The translations under genes and the position numbers were made by a program. Shown in pieces: positions 1 to 9,466 of a stretch of DNA of 43,705 nucleotides; position 1 is the stretch's first letter, and each line of letters begins with the position of its first letter. This DNA comes from an uncultured Oscillospiraceae bacterium. Its GTDB lineage: Bacteria > Bacillota > Clostridia > UMGS1810. The stretch is from NCBI GenBank assembly GCA_964423705.1, contig CAYRGA010000001.1, positions 15,788-59,492 of the forward strand. The letters run 5' to 3'. Below the pieces are notes generated by a model. The model saw only the letters and a program-made list of their open reading frames with translations. It ran no database searches and had not been told where the DNA came from.

Positions 1-2
1 TG

Positions 3-344
3 TTTTTCGGACAGGGGCCATGGACACCGTGGCAGATGTTTACCATGGGAATTGTGGGCTTTACAGCCGGAGTATTATTTAAAAAAGGTTTTCTGAGAAA
101 AACCAAAGCTTCACTGTGCATTTTCGGATTTTTGGCAGCGCTCGTAATATACGGAGGCATTATGAATCCGGCTTCGGTCCTGATGTATCAGCCGAATCCC
201 ACATTGAAAATGCTTCTGGCTTCGTACCTTCCGGGACTTCCCGTCGACTTGGTTCATGCCGTTTCGACAGCGTTTTTCCTATGGTTTGCCGCAGAGCCCA
301 TGTGCGAAAAGCTTGAAAGAGTAAAAGTTAAATACGGTTTTTAA
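3..344 (+). CDS. ECF-transporter S-component-like integral membrane protein, C-terminal part (5' end lies outside the window)
   Basis: The frame is open from base 3 (..FFGQGPWTPWQMFTMGIVGF..), so the listed ATG at 36 is internal. The sequence is made of consecutive hydrophobic helices. Stop codon at 342-344. Confidence 0.55.
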   Translation, partial: FFGQGPWTPWQMFTMGIVGFTAGVLFKKGFLRKTKASLCIFGFLAALVIYGGIMNPASVLMYQPNPTLKMLLASYLPGLPVDLVHAVSTAFFLWFAAEPMCEKLERVKVKYGF

Positions 345-382
345 GCGCACCGAACGGCTTATCGGATTATTAATAAAAACTA

Positions 383-411
383 TTGCCTTTTTACGGTTTC
401 ACATAGATAAT
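383..411 (+). promoter_or_regulatory. Sigma-70-type promoter candidate for the 1489-aa wall-protein gene
   Basis: TTGCCT (383-388), 17-nt spacer, GATAAT (406-411). An AAGGA ribosome-binding site lies upstream of the ATG at 436. Confidence 0.4.
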
Positions 412-435
412 TTACACACGAAAGGACGTTATAAA

Positions 436-3400
436 ATGAATTGTAAACAAAGATTTTTAAGTACCGTTTTGGTTCTGACAATGATTTTCAGTGCTATTCC
501 TATGGTATTTGCCTCAAACGGCGAACTGAGCGGGAACGATTCAACGGACACACCGTACATCATCGAAGACAGTGCAGACCTCATTAAATTCTGCGAAATG
601 GTGAACGGTACAGATTCGGCAGAATTTTGCGCGGAGCTCACAAATGACATCACGCTTACCGCCGCATGGGTACCATTCGCATCAAAGAGCGGATATCCCA
701 CGACGGCATATAAGGGCACCTTTGACGGTAAAGGTCATAAAATAAGTGGTCTTAATATAAACAGCAACACCTCAAATACAGGACTTTTCAGTGTCATAAA
801 CGGAGCTACCGTTAAAAACCTGCGTGTTTCCGGTACTGTAAGCTCGACCAACAATTACGTGGGCGGTATCGTAGGTAAGGTTCAGCAGGGAACTATTGAA
901 AACTGCTCATTTGAAGGGAGCGTGTCAAGTACCAAAAGCGGTGCATATGTAGGCGGAATTGCCGGATATATCGGAAACTCAGCCACTCAGACAGCGAGTG
1001 TATCAGGCTGCGTAAACAAAGCTACGGTATCGGGCGGAACAGTCGGCGGTATCACCGGTTATTCAAAGTTTTCCCACATTTCCGACTGCTATAACACGGG
1101 AAACATTACCGCCGCTTCAAATAACGGAGGTATTGTCGGCAATCTTCAAAACAAAAGCACGGTTACAAACTGCTACAGCACAGGAACTTTAAGCGGCGGC
1201 ACTAACATAGGCGATATCTGCGGCTTCAACGGTTCTACCATCGACAACGATTCCTCCGTTAAAAACTGCTGTTACAAAAACGAGGTATGCGGCGGCGGTA
1301 CAGGCACTTCAAAGGACTGTGAGAAAATTTCCTCACCAGAAGGACTTGCCAAAAAGCTCGGAAGTGCTTTTACAGACGACACCAATTCTATAAACGGCGG
1401 ATACCCCATACTCACCTGGGAAAGCGGTAATTCGTCCGAGCCTAAGGAACCTTCCGTAAAAATAAGCGGTAATCCCACGATTAAAACAGACAACAGCGGC
1501 ACACCGTCATTTACACAGCTTACAGCCCAAGCAGAAAACATTGACGATGAAGTCAAATTTGTATGGTCTGTAACCTCAGGCGACGGCATCATCAGCATAC
1601 AAGCACCTGAGAACTCCGACGAATCAAACAGTAAAATGCTGGTATACGGTGATAATCCCGGAAAGGCATGCGTCACAGTGTCAACCGAAGACGGTAAATA
1701 TACCGACAGCATTGACATCTCTGTTTTACCGTTTATAACTACCGTTGAAATTGACGGCAACGTCGCTGTCGGCAGAACGGTTAATGCTAGGGTAAACATT
1801 CTCGGCGGCAGCGAATACGACTATGATAGCTTCCCCGAACTTAAATTCCAATGGAAATACCTTTCAAGCGACGACTACAGCTCAGGAAATACAGGCTACT
1901 CGGCATACTCAGACATAAGCGGTGCCGAAGAACGCGAATTTACGATTCCGTCGGATATGGAGGGTGACTATCTTTCCTTTGCCGTCACCTTCGCAGGCGA
2001 AATAAAAACCCCGTCAAGCCCCGCTAAAATCGCTTCGGCTGCTGACGGATATGCTGCCGAGGATGCATCGGCACTTACAATCGATACATCCGACATTAAA
2101 GCGGAAAAATACATTACACTTCCGTCAACGGGTAAAAACGGTTCTGTCATTTCATGGGCGAGCAGCGACGAGAATGTCATAGACCCCTCTAACGGAAAAG
2201 TCACACTCCCGTCGAGCGGTATTTCCGATATAAAGCTTACCGCAAGCCTTCAATACAACGGCACATCGGATGTGAAAATTCGGGTATTTACCGTGAAAGT
2301 TTACTCGGAAATCGAAGCCGAAAAGGAAAAAAATGACAATCTTTCTCAGCTTGAAAGCATAATAGGCGACTTAGACAGCTATAAGATTGTACCGGTATTC
2401 GGCGAGGATTCAAACGTAATCGATATGTTAAAATCTGATTTAAACAGAGATGACATTTCGGTGTCGATTAAAAATACAGAGGAAGTATACGGAGGTGCCG
2501 ACATAAAAGCAGACGGTACCATAGAATACTATTACAAGAACCCCAACGAGGAAGCAGCCGTACATTTCGGAAGCTTTAACGTTACATTTACCTTGGCGAT
2601 TGACGATGCACGGAAGGATTTCACCGTACCTATAATCATTTACCACGATGCCGACAAGGTAAAGGAAGCAATACGCACGCAAATAATATCCGAAACGACA
2701 TTGTCGGCAGACGGAAAGATAATCGCCGAAGGTGATTTGACCTTGTCGAAAATCGCACCCGAAAAGAAATGGACACTTATATCATGGACAAGCTCCAACG
2801 AGGACATTCTCAGAATAAGCAATGAAAATCAGCAGACAGCGGACACGCTCTTTAACCCCTATGTGGGAAAGGTAAGCCGCGGCATAAAAGACGAAAAGGT
2901 TGAGCTTACGGCTTTGTACACATATCAGTATACAAACGATGTGACAGGCTCTGAAAAGCCGATTACCCTTGCGATGACATACGAAGTCACCGTAAAAGCA
3001 CTTGACAGTGAAGGCATCGCCGCCAAGCGCGCCGAGCTTGCCGCAAAGCTTGAAGAAGGATTCGCTACGGCAGGTCTGCGTGATACGGTAAGCGGTGAAA
3101 AACTGACCGACATAAACGGCTCCTACAGCGTATCAAATGACATACTATTCCCCACCACAGGTGACTTCAGAGTAGACGGAAAGTACACATCGGTAAGAAT
3201 CACTTCGGACAACAGCGATGCAGTCTATACCTATGATGTGAACAACGCCGCACGCATACAGGTCATACGTCCCGCACCGGGCAAAAGTGATGCTGTGGCA
3301 AGAATTACAGTTTCACTGTCCGAAAAAGGAACGGGAATCTCTGCCGAAAAGACCTTTAAAATATGCGTAAAAGCTCTTACCGATGAGGAAATAAATGCCG

Positions 3401-4905
3401 AAAAGGAGCTTATGCAGAGAGTTAAAGCCGCTTACTTCGACGGCATTAAGGGAGATAACCTCTCTCAAAGCAATATTTACACAAATCTCTCCCCATTCTG
3501 TGAAGTATACGAAAAAGGCGGCGAACTTGTGTGGGTAAGAGCAAACGCCGACACGGTAAACCACGGCATAATCCCTGTCGCTCTCGATAACTGGGAGGAG
3601 CTGGAAGCTTGGAGATTGTTTAAATCAAGTAACCCATCGGTGATTTCACACGAAAATCTCCTGGTTACACTTAAGAAAAATGCCAAGAGTGTCACTGTTT
3701 CCTCGGCATTATCAAGTGAAACTCTGGGCAGATACGGCGAGCTTTATCTCAGCGATACCGAAAAATACGCAGATTACAAGGATTTGGCAGACCTTTACTA
3801 TCAAGAGGTGTCGGCAGACCTTACCGTAAGAGGAACCTCTACGGGCAGATACGACATTCCTCTGGCCACCATAGAAACCATCAATGTTTCATTCACGCTC
3901 AACGGCCCCGACGGCACATATATTTCTGAAGTTAATCTCAGCAACTTGCCCGAAACGACAACAGCGTATGACGTATTTAAAAAGGTTACCAAAGATAACG
4001 GTTACACCTATAACATCAACGGTACCGGCTACGGTGTGTACATCACCTCAGTCACCACGCCCAACGGCGAAACTATATCGGAATTTTCCTACGGTAAAAA
4101 TTCAGGCTGGATGTACAAGATAAACGGTTATTTTGCCGACGTTGCCATGACGGCATGCGGTCTTAATGACGGTGACAGCATAGAAGTATTTTATTCAAAG
4201 GACTATTTGAAGGAGGACTATTCAAAGCCGGGCGACGATGATAACGATACCTTCGGAAACGGTTCTTCATCAGGCGGTTCGCCATCAAAAAAAGATGACA
4301 CTACCGTCACGGACACTGACAAAGCTACGGAAAACAATAACGAAAGCACTGTTTCCGTAAGCTTTAATGACATCAAGGGTCACTGGGCAGAGAAGGAAAT
4401 AATCGAGATTTGCAAAAGAGGAATATTGAAGGGTACCGATAACAATAATTTTGAACCCGATTCCACCCTTACCCGTGCCATGCTTGTAACAATTCTTTAC
4501 CGTTTGGAAAACGAGCCTTCGGTCGCATCGGCGAAATTCACGGATGTAAAGTCTGATGAATGGTATTCCGACGCAGTTGCCTGGGCAGCCGAAAACGGCA
4601 TAGTAAACGGCGTAAGCGAAAACGAATTTGCCCCGAATGACTCCATAACACGCGAACAGCTCGCCGTTATGTTCTACAGATACGCAAATTACAAAAAATT
4701 TGACACAAGTATTCAAGCGGAATCTTCTTTATCCTACAGCGATGCCGACAGCATTGATGAATATGCAAAGGATGCTCTGCGTTGGATTTCCGAAAGCAAA
4801 ATCATGTACGGGAAAACAGACAGCACCATAAATTCGAAGGATGGTGCCTCAAGAGCCGAGATAGCTGTAATAGTGTTAAGATTTTTAACAAAGCATGATA
4901 TGTAG
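436..4905 (+). CDS. Giant SLH-anchored cell-surface protein with signal peptide, GLUG-motif repeats, Ig-like (Big_2-type) domains, a transcobalamin-like DUF4430 domain and three C-terminal SLH repeats
   Basis: N-terminal signal peptide (LVLTMIFSAIPMVFA). Repeated GGIVG/GGIAG/GGITG GLUG motifs at about 718-1306. DUF4430 signature NSGWMYKINGYFADVAMTACGLNDGDSIEVFYSKDY within about 3880-4206. Ser/Gly/Asp linker. SLH repeats start at FNDIKGHWAEKE, FTDVKSDEWY and YSDADSIDEY (4363-4902). Confidence 0.9.
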   Translation: MNCKQRFLSTVLVLTMIFSAIPMVFASNGELSGNDSTDTPYIIEDSADLIKFCEMVNGTDSAEFCAELTNDITLTAAWVPFASKSGYPTTAYKGTFDGKGHKISGLNINSNTSNTGLFSVINGATVKNLRVSGTVSSTNNYVGGIVGKVQQGTIENCSFEGSVSSTKSGAYVGGIAGYIGNSATQTASVSGCVNKATVSGGTVGGITGYSKFSHISDCYNTGNITAASNNGGIVGNLQNKSTVTNCYSTGTLSGGTNIGDICGFNGSTIDNDSSVKNCCYKNEVCGGGTGTSKDCEKISSPEGLAKKLGSAFTDDTNSINGGYPILTWESGNSSEPKEPSVKISGNPTIKTDNSGTPSFTQLTAQAENIDDEVKFVWSVTSGDGIISIQAPENSDESNSKMLVYGDNPGKACVTVSTEDGKYTDSIDISVLPFITTVEIDGNVAVGRTVNARVNILGGSEYDYDSFPELKFQWKYLSSDDYSSGNTGYSAYSDISGAEEREFTIPSDMEGDYLSFAVTFAGEIKTPSSPAKIASAADGYAAEDASALTIDTSDIKAEKYITLPSTGKNGSVISWASSDENVIDPSNGKVTLPSSGISDIKLTASLQYNGTSDVKIRVFTVKVYSEIEAEKEKNDNLSQLESIIGDLDSYKIVPVFGEDSNVIDMLKSDLNRDDISVSIKNTEEVYGGADIKADGTIEYYYKNPNEEAAVHFGSFNVTFTLAIDDARKDFTVPIIIYHDADKVKEAIRTQIISETTLSADGKIIAEGDLTLSKIAPEKKWTLISWTSSNEDILRISNENQQTADTLFNPYVGKVSRGIKDEKVELTALYTYQYTNDVTGSEKPITLAMTYEVTVKALDSEGIAAKRAELAAKLEEGFATAGLRDTVSGEKLTDINGSYSVSNDILFPTTGDFRVDGKYTSVRITSDNSDAVYTYDVNNAARIQVIRPAPGKSDAVARITVSLSEKGTGISAEKTFKICVKALTDEEINAEKELMQRVKAAYFDGIKGDNLSQSNIYTNLSPFCEVYEKGGELVWVRANADTVNHGIIPVALDNWEELEAWRLFKSSNPSVISHENLLVTLKKNAKSVTVSSALSSETLGRYGELYLSDTEKYADYKDLADLYYQEVSADLTVRGTSTGRYDIPLATIETINVSFTLNGPDGTYISEVNLSNLPETTTAYDVFKKVTKDNGYTYNINGTGYGVYITSVTTPNGETISEFSYGKNSGWMYKINGYFADVAMTACGLNDGDSIEVFYSKDYLKEDYSKPGDDDNDTFGNGSSSGGSPSKKDDTTVTDTDKATENNNESTVSVSFNDIKGHWAEKEIIEICKRGILKGTDNNNFEPDSTLTRAMLVTILYRLENEPSVASAKFTDVKSDEWYSDAVAWAAENGIVNGVSENEFAPNDSITREQLAVMFYRYANYKKFDTSIQAESSLSYSDADSIDEYAKDALRWISESKIMYGKTDSTINSKDGASRAEIAVIVLRFLTKHDM

Positions 4906-4940
4906 TATTCCCGATATTAAAGATATATCGGCATACTTAA

Positions 4941-4966
4941 ACAGGCGACCTCGCAGGGTCGCCTGT
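4941..4966. terminator. Hairpin between convergent genes, possibly a bidirectional terminator
   Basis: Perfect 10-bp stem ACAGGCGACC / GGTCGCCTGT with a 6-nt loop. Short T-runs follow on both strands. Confidence 0.55.
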
Positions 4967-5137
4967 TTACATTAAAACCTGAAATTTTTATTTTACTTTA
5001 CAAAAAGCTGTGTAATTTTAATTTATACCATCGCTGTAAACAGAATGTGCTTTTTGTCGATATATTCCCCGTTTTCATTCAAAGCCCGTTTTAAAAAGTT
5101 AACGTAGGATTTAAGCGGCATAATACTAAAATCATAC

Positions 5138-6664
5138 TCAAATAACTATCTCATTTTCTCCGGATTTAATTGCATATTTTTTTTCGTTTATTTCAAGCGT
5201 GTATTCTTCATTTGATGTAATACGACATACATTGCCGTTTGCGACAATATCGGTTACAACATTTCCGAATCTGAAATTTTTAATGCCTATACTTCCCTGC
5301 GTATCGCTCGGCTTTGCCCACTTTACAACCTTATCAAAAGCATTCACATAATAAAATCCCAAAACAAATTCTATGTATATGGAAATCGGTCCCAGGGCAG
5401 ACCAACCGCAAAAGTCTTTTCTGACAATTTCTTCATCATCGACTTGTCTGCCGGGCATGTGCTCCTCCGGATTGTAACATTCCCAAATAGTATTTGGTGA
5501 ATATTCCTTATAGGTCATATACATATGGTGAAGTATTTTAATAGCCGCATCGTGTGCAATGTCAAAATATCCATAATTTATGAGCCCCTTAAGCGCCACA
5601 TATGCGGTAGGAAGCCAAAGCGACCCTCTCCAATATTTTCCCCTCGGCGAATAATCGCTGTCATTTCTTGCTAACGACAGCAAAGGCACATTGCCGCCCA
5701 GTGTTTTCGGATTTACGACTTGCTTAACAAGGGCGTCCGCCCTTTCCTTTGTAGCAATTCCGGCAGTCATTGTCCAATAGGATGCCACCGTCATAACACG
5801 ATAAAACTCATGCGTGTCACAGTCAATGTCATAGTAAAACTCATCATTGTCATCCCAATAATACTTATTTACAATTTCCTTTTTTTGCTCATATTTAGAC
5901 TTCCACAGCTTTCGATTTTCTTCATCACCCATAATTTCAAAAAGCTTTGATATCATATCCGCCGCCATCGCTTGCTGACAAATCGCATCAAGCCATAATG
6001 CCTTTGGGTTATTCGGTCGTTCCGCTGTCGCACTGTTTCCCACTCTTCCTCTGGGAGTGTTATCCATGCCCGAACGGCCTCCTTCCCATTTATATCCACA
6101 TTCATCAGCTATCCAGCACGTTTGGTTGAAAACATTTTTAACCTTTAAATTTTCCTTGAGATTCTCAAGAAAATCATAATGCTTCTGCAGAACCTGTCTA
6201 TCTTTAAGCAGCTTACCGATACGCTCCTCATCTCCGCTGAACAGAGCATTTTCATATTCTGCCCAAGCAAAAAGCGGAGGATTATCCGCTATATGAATCT
6301 TCATTTGAATCGGCACACCCGGAATTGCACCAGTCCAATCCGGCTCATTCTCGGAAGGAATAATATGCGGTAAATCCACACCTTCATAAAGCGGCTTATA
6401 AAAATTATCGAATGTTTCCACACCCGGGAAAACATTATTTGCATATTTACAAAAAAGCGACATAAAACAGCTGTCCCATATCCATATATGAGTTTCGCAA
6501 AAAGCCTCATCCATATACGGAGTCTGCGACATTCCCTTAACATTCTTAATATGCTCAAACGCCAGCTCCCACGCCTTATTATAAATTTCGGCATATTCCT
6601 TTTTTTCATCAAAAACAATCTCCGGAATGTAATCTCTCCAATTCTCGGCGCCAAATTTTTTCAT
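5138..6664 (-). CDS. Cytoplasmic (alpha/alpha)6 glycoside hydrolase, GH63 / MGH1-like (trehalase-superfamily)
   Basis: 508-aa ORF with no signal peptide. It has a GGRSGMDNTPRG motif typical of GH63/GH37-type six-hairpin glycosidases and a CGWSALGPISIYIE tail. RBS AAGGGTGG lies before the ATG. Confidence 0.7.
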   Translation of the reverse strand: MKKFGAENWRDYIPEIVFDEKKEYAEIYNKAWELAFEHIKNVKGMSQTPYMDEAFCETHIWIWDSCFMSLFCKYANNVFPGVETFDNFYKPLYEGVDLPHIIPSENEPDWTGAIPGVPIQMKIHIADNPPLFAWAEYENALFSGDEERIGKLLKDRQVLQKHYDFLENLKENLKVKNVFNQTCWIADECGYKWEGGRSGMDNTPRGRVGNSATAERPNNPKALWLDAICQQAMAADMISKLFEIMGDEENRKLWKSKYEQKKEIVNKYYWDDNDEFYYDIDCDTHEFYRVMTVASYWTMTAGIATKERADALVKQVVNPKTLGGNVPLLSLARNDSDYSPRGKYWRGSLWLPTAYVALKGLINYGYFDIAHDAAIKILHHMYMTYKEYSPNTIWECYNPEEHMPGRQVDDEEIVRKDFCGWSALGPISIYIEFVLGFYYVNAFDKVVKWAKPSDTQGSIGIKNFRFGNVVTDIVANGNVCRITSNEEYTLEINEKKYAIKSGENEIVI

Positions 6665-6907
6665 ATTGTAACCACCCTTTTCTTAAAACAATTTATCATG
6701 AACTTTTATCAAGCCAAAAACAGAAGTTTTTTAATTTTTTCAACAAACCGACAGAGGTATCCTTATCGACATGATGTACCTTATCACCTTGAAAACATCG
6801 ATTTTTCCCTTGCGCAAACAGCTTTCGGGCACTCTCCCACACTATTTCCACTATCTCTCTTTCGATTCCAAAAGTCCTTTTTCGTATTTCATGCTTGTTA
6901 CCTATGC

Positions 6908-6936
6908 ATATTACTATATTTTGTAGTAATTGTCAA
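6908..6936 (-). promoter_or_regulatory. Strong sigma-70-type promoter driving a ~235-nt leader plus the GH63-like gene
   Basis: On the minus strand: TTGACA (6936-6931), 17-nt spacer, TAATAT (6913-6908). Confidence 0.55.
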
Positions 6937-7057
6937 TATTTTTTAGAGATTTAAATCCTAACTGTATGTTTCTCAAAAAGCCAAATTATATTAACATTTT
7001 AAGATAGTATAAAAATTAAAAGCCCGACTTTTATCGGAGTTTTAATACAATCATACC

Positions 7058-7407
7058 TTATTTTACGATTTCAGCATTACAAAGTGGTTTTAGACCTGTA
7101 AAGCCATTCCAAACCATAATTTTTGCTTCTGTATAAGCTTTGATTACATTGAATGGAATTGCGACACCGTCGTATATTTTGGATTGCATTTCAACGAAAT
7201 TCTCATCCCATGTTATGTCTGTATGATAGTAGTTTCCGTCTGCATAAACTACATTCCAAGCATGATTCATAGTTTCACTTGTCACTGTAAAACATTCAAT
7301 GCCGATTTTTCCATAATATGTTTAAATGCAAGCGCGTATGCGTTACACACAGCATTAGACAATGTTGCTGAAATTAAGCAAAACATTATAAAGAGCAATT
7401 TTTTCAC
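7058..7407 (-). pseudogene. Frameshifted small transglutaminase-like (papain-fold Cys peptidase core) gene
   Basis: GGGAG RBS followed by GTG at 7407. Frame A reads VKKLLFIMFCLISATLSNAVCNAYALAFKHIMEKSALNVLQ* and contains the catalytic-Cys context. The His/Asp part continues in another frame (..YYGKIGIECFTVTSETMNHAWNVVYADGNYYHTDITWD..). The frame switch is near the A5 run in GGAAAAATCGG. Confidence 0.6.
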
Positions 7408-7536
7408 AGCCGACTCCCAAAAAAATTTATGCATACGAATGAGAAGATTTTTATGGCAAATTTAATTTTTACCGTAGCAACAATCATATGTACCGAGTTT
7501 TCGCACTCTATGATTACAGATACCGTAGTTTCGATA

Positions 7537-8385
7537 CTACTTTAATATCCCGAAAACATCACGTTCTATACCGGCAAGGTCTTTTACAATGCGGATATCG
7601 TCAAAGTCATTTACCATAAAGTCGGCGACTGCATCATGCAGACCGCACCCCACCTCAAACGCAAGCGTGCCGCCGCATTTAAGGCACGAGCGGATATTTT
7701 TGATAATCTCCCTATAAAAAATCAGTCCATCATCACCGCCGTCCAAAGCGAGCTGCGGTTCATAATCCCTTACATTTTTATTGAGCGAAGCGATATCACC
7801 CGACGGAATGTACGGCGGATTTGAAACCACACAGTCGGCAAGTGCGCCGCCGAAGGGCTGCATCACATCATGCCGCATGAAGCTGCACTGCTCACCTGTG
7901 CCGTTAGCACGTGAATTTTTTTCGGCGATTTTAAGAGCCTCGGAGCTTATATCCAAGCCGATTACCCTTGACCTCGGAAGATACTTGGCAAGAGAAACAG
8001 CTATCGCACCGGAGCCTGTACACATATCGACAATAAGCGCTTCACGATTTTCAAAGCACCTTATTACCTCCTCGCATAGGATTTCCGTATCCGGGCGCGG
8101 GATAAGGACATTTTTGTCAACATAAAAATCAAGCGACATAAACTCACGTTGGTTTAATATATATGCCGTCGGTTCACCTTCCGCACAACGGCGGAGCATT
8201 TTTTCGTACTTTTCTGCCTGCGGCTCGATTAAATTTTCACTGCCGTGCACCGTAAGGTACAGAGTGTCACATTCCAGCACGCTGCACAAAAGCGCCCTTG
8301 CGCTTATACCGGCGGCATCTATTGAATTTTTATTCAGCAAAGCGATGCCCTCTTTAAGAGCATCGCCGATTGTTTTAATTACCAT
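7537..8385 (-). CDS. prmC: Peptide chain release factor N5-glutamine methyltransferase
   Basis: NPPY motif (VSNPPYIPSGDI), SAM-binding motif VDMCTGSGAIAV and a HemK-type N-terminal domain. The start overlaps the stop of the DUF1385 gene. Confidence 0.9.
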   Translation of the reverse strand: MVIKTIGDALKEGIALLNKNSIDAAGISARALLCSVLECDTLYLTVHGSENLIEPQAEKYEKMLRRCAEGEPTAYILNQREFMSLDFYVDKNVLIPRPDTEILCEEVIRCFENREALIVDMCTGSGAIAVSLAKYLPRSRVIGLDISSEALKIAEKNSRANGTGEQCSFMRHDVMQPFGGALADCVVSNPPYIPSGDIASLNKNVRDYEPQLALDGGDDGLIFYREIIKNIRSCLKCGGTLAFEVGCGLHDAVADFMVNDFDDIRIVKDLAGIERDVFGILK

Positions 8386-9341
8386 TTGTCATCCTCTTTA
8401 TTGTCCGTAAGCACTGCCTTAAGCGAAGCTATGGCAACCTCAAGCTGTGAATCGTCGGGCTCGCGGGTGGTGATTTTCTGCAGCCACAGTCCCGGCTGAA
8501 TCAGCAGAGCCACGAATTTGTTTTTACTTCTTCCGGCAATTTTTATCATCTCATACGAAAGTCCGGCAACCACCGGCAAAAGCAGAAGCCTGTAGAGCAT
8601 GTTCTGCCACATACTGCCCCAGCGTAAAAGCGAAAATATGATTATACTTACTACCATTACAAAGAGCAGAAAGCTCGTTCCGCACCGTGGGTGAAGTCTG
8701 GAATGACTGCGTGCATTCTCCACCGTAAGCTCGGCTCCGCTCTCATATGTCGCGATAGTCTTGTGCTCGGCACCGTGATATTCAAAAACTCTCTTAATAT
8801 CCTTCATCCTTGATACCAACAGCAGATACCCGAGGAAAATCAACATTCTGATAACGCCTTCGGAGATATTGAGAATCACATGGCTTTCCGTGAAATTCTT
8901 TACCACGGTCGCAAGGGCGTTCGGCAAAAGCATAAATAATCCCACGCTGAAAATCAGCGCAATCACCACCGAAAAATATATGGCAATATCCTTGATTTTA
9001 TCGCCCAGCTTATCCTCCAGCCACTGCTCAAATTTAGAAGGCTTGTAGCCTTCATCCTCCTCGATGTCCATCTGGTCTGCGGAATACATAAGGCACTTCA
9101 TACCTGTTATCATAGATTCAAAAAAAGATACGACACCGCGTACAATCGGTATTTTATTCAGCTTGTATTTGGTTATTACCGAGTAAACAGGCTTTTTGTC
9201 TATTACGATGCTGCCGTCCGATTTGCGCACTGCTGTGGCGATTTCCTTCGGTCCGCGCATCATTACCCCCTCTATAACTGCCTGTCCGCCGATGCTTGTT
9301 ATATGCTTGGGAGCTTTATCATATGTTTGCTTATTTTTCAT
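8379..9341 (-). CDS. DUF1385 (YqhQ-like) membrane protein
   Basis: [13 protein letters not shown] and EYHGAEHK motifs plus several transmembrane helices. It sits in the usual position upstream of prmC. Confidence 0.85.
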   Translation of the reverse strand: MKNKQTYDKAPKHITSIGGQAVIEGVMMRGPKEIATAVRKSDGSIVIDKKPVYSVITKYKLNKIPIVRGVVSFFESMITGMKCLMYSADQMDIEEDEGYKPSKFEQWLEDKLGDKIKDIAIYFSVVIALIFSVGLFMLLPNALATVVKNFTESHVILNISEGVIRMLIFLGYLLLVSRMKDIKRVFEYHGAEHKTIATYESGAELTVENARSHSRLHPRCGTSFLLFVMVVSIIIFSLLRWGSMWQNMLYRLLLLPVVAGLSYEMIKIAGRSKNKFVALLIQPGLWLQKITTREPDDSQLEVAIASLKAVLTDNKEDDKW

Positions 9342-9398
9342 TTAATCAATCCTTTCGGAATACACTTATGCGGCATATGCCGCAGATATCTATTATCT

Positions 9399-9427
9399 AT
9401 TATACAACTGTACACGATTATAGTCAA
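9399..9427 (-). promoter_or_regulatory. Consensus-like sigma-70 promoter for DUF1385-prmC
   Basis: On the minus strand: TTGACT (9427-9422), 17-nt spacer, TATAAT (9404-9399). The 16-nt perfect palindrome TGCGGCATATGCCGCA (9369-9384) lies in the resulting leader. Confidence 0.55.
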
Positions 9428-9466
9428 CCACAAAAAATTAACGAATTGTAAATTATTGGCATGTCA

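Noticed and set aside
1272-1799. A 175-aa antisense ORF inside the 1489-aa wall-protein gene. The same applies to similar antisense or out-of-frame ORFs in the track, e.g. 9714-10106, 11778-12326, 19379-20029, 21696-22214, 29493-30131, 32255-32842, 33835-34263 and 39816-40202.
   Set aside because: Each lies entirely within a longer ORF that has clear family motifs. They have no RBS and a low-complexity or Ser/Pro/Arg-rich composition typical of shadow frames.
6665-6900. A T-box or other named riboswitch in the GH63 leader (AGAGAGA and GGGAGAGTGCCCGAAAGC segments caught the eye).
   Set aside because: I could not identify a specifier/T-box core or any other conserved riboswitch core. T-boxes also do not regulate glycosidases. 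I kept it only as an unexplained long leader.
6488-6946. A 152-aa plus-strand ORF spanning the 5' end of the GH63-like gene and its leader and promoter.
   Set aside because: It is antisense to a well-supported gene and promoter. It has a Phe/Leu/Ile-rich AT-driven composition, no RBS and no recognisable motif.
7020-7057. A terminator hairpin after the transglutaminase-like relic (CCGA-TAAAAG-TCGG).
   Set aside because: The stem is only 4-5 bp including a wobble pair, so it is too weak to call.
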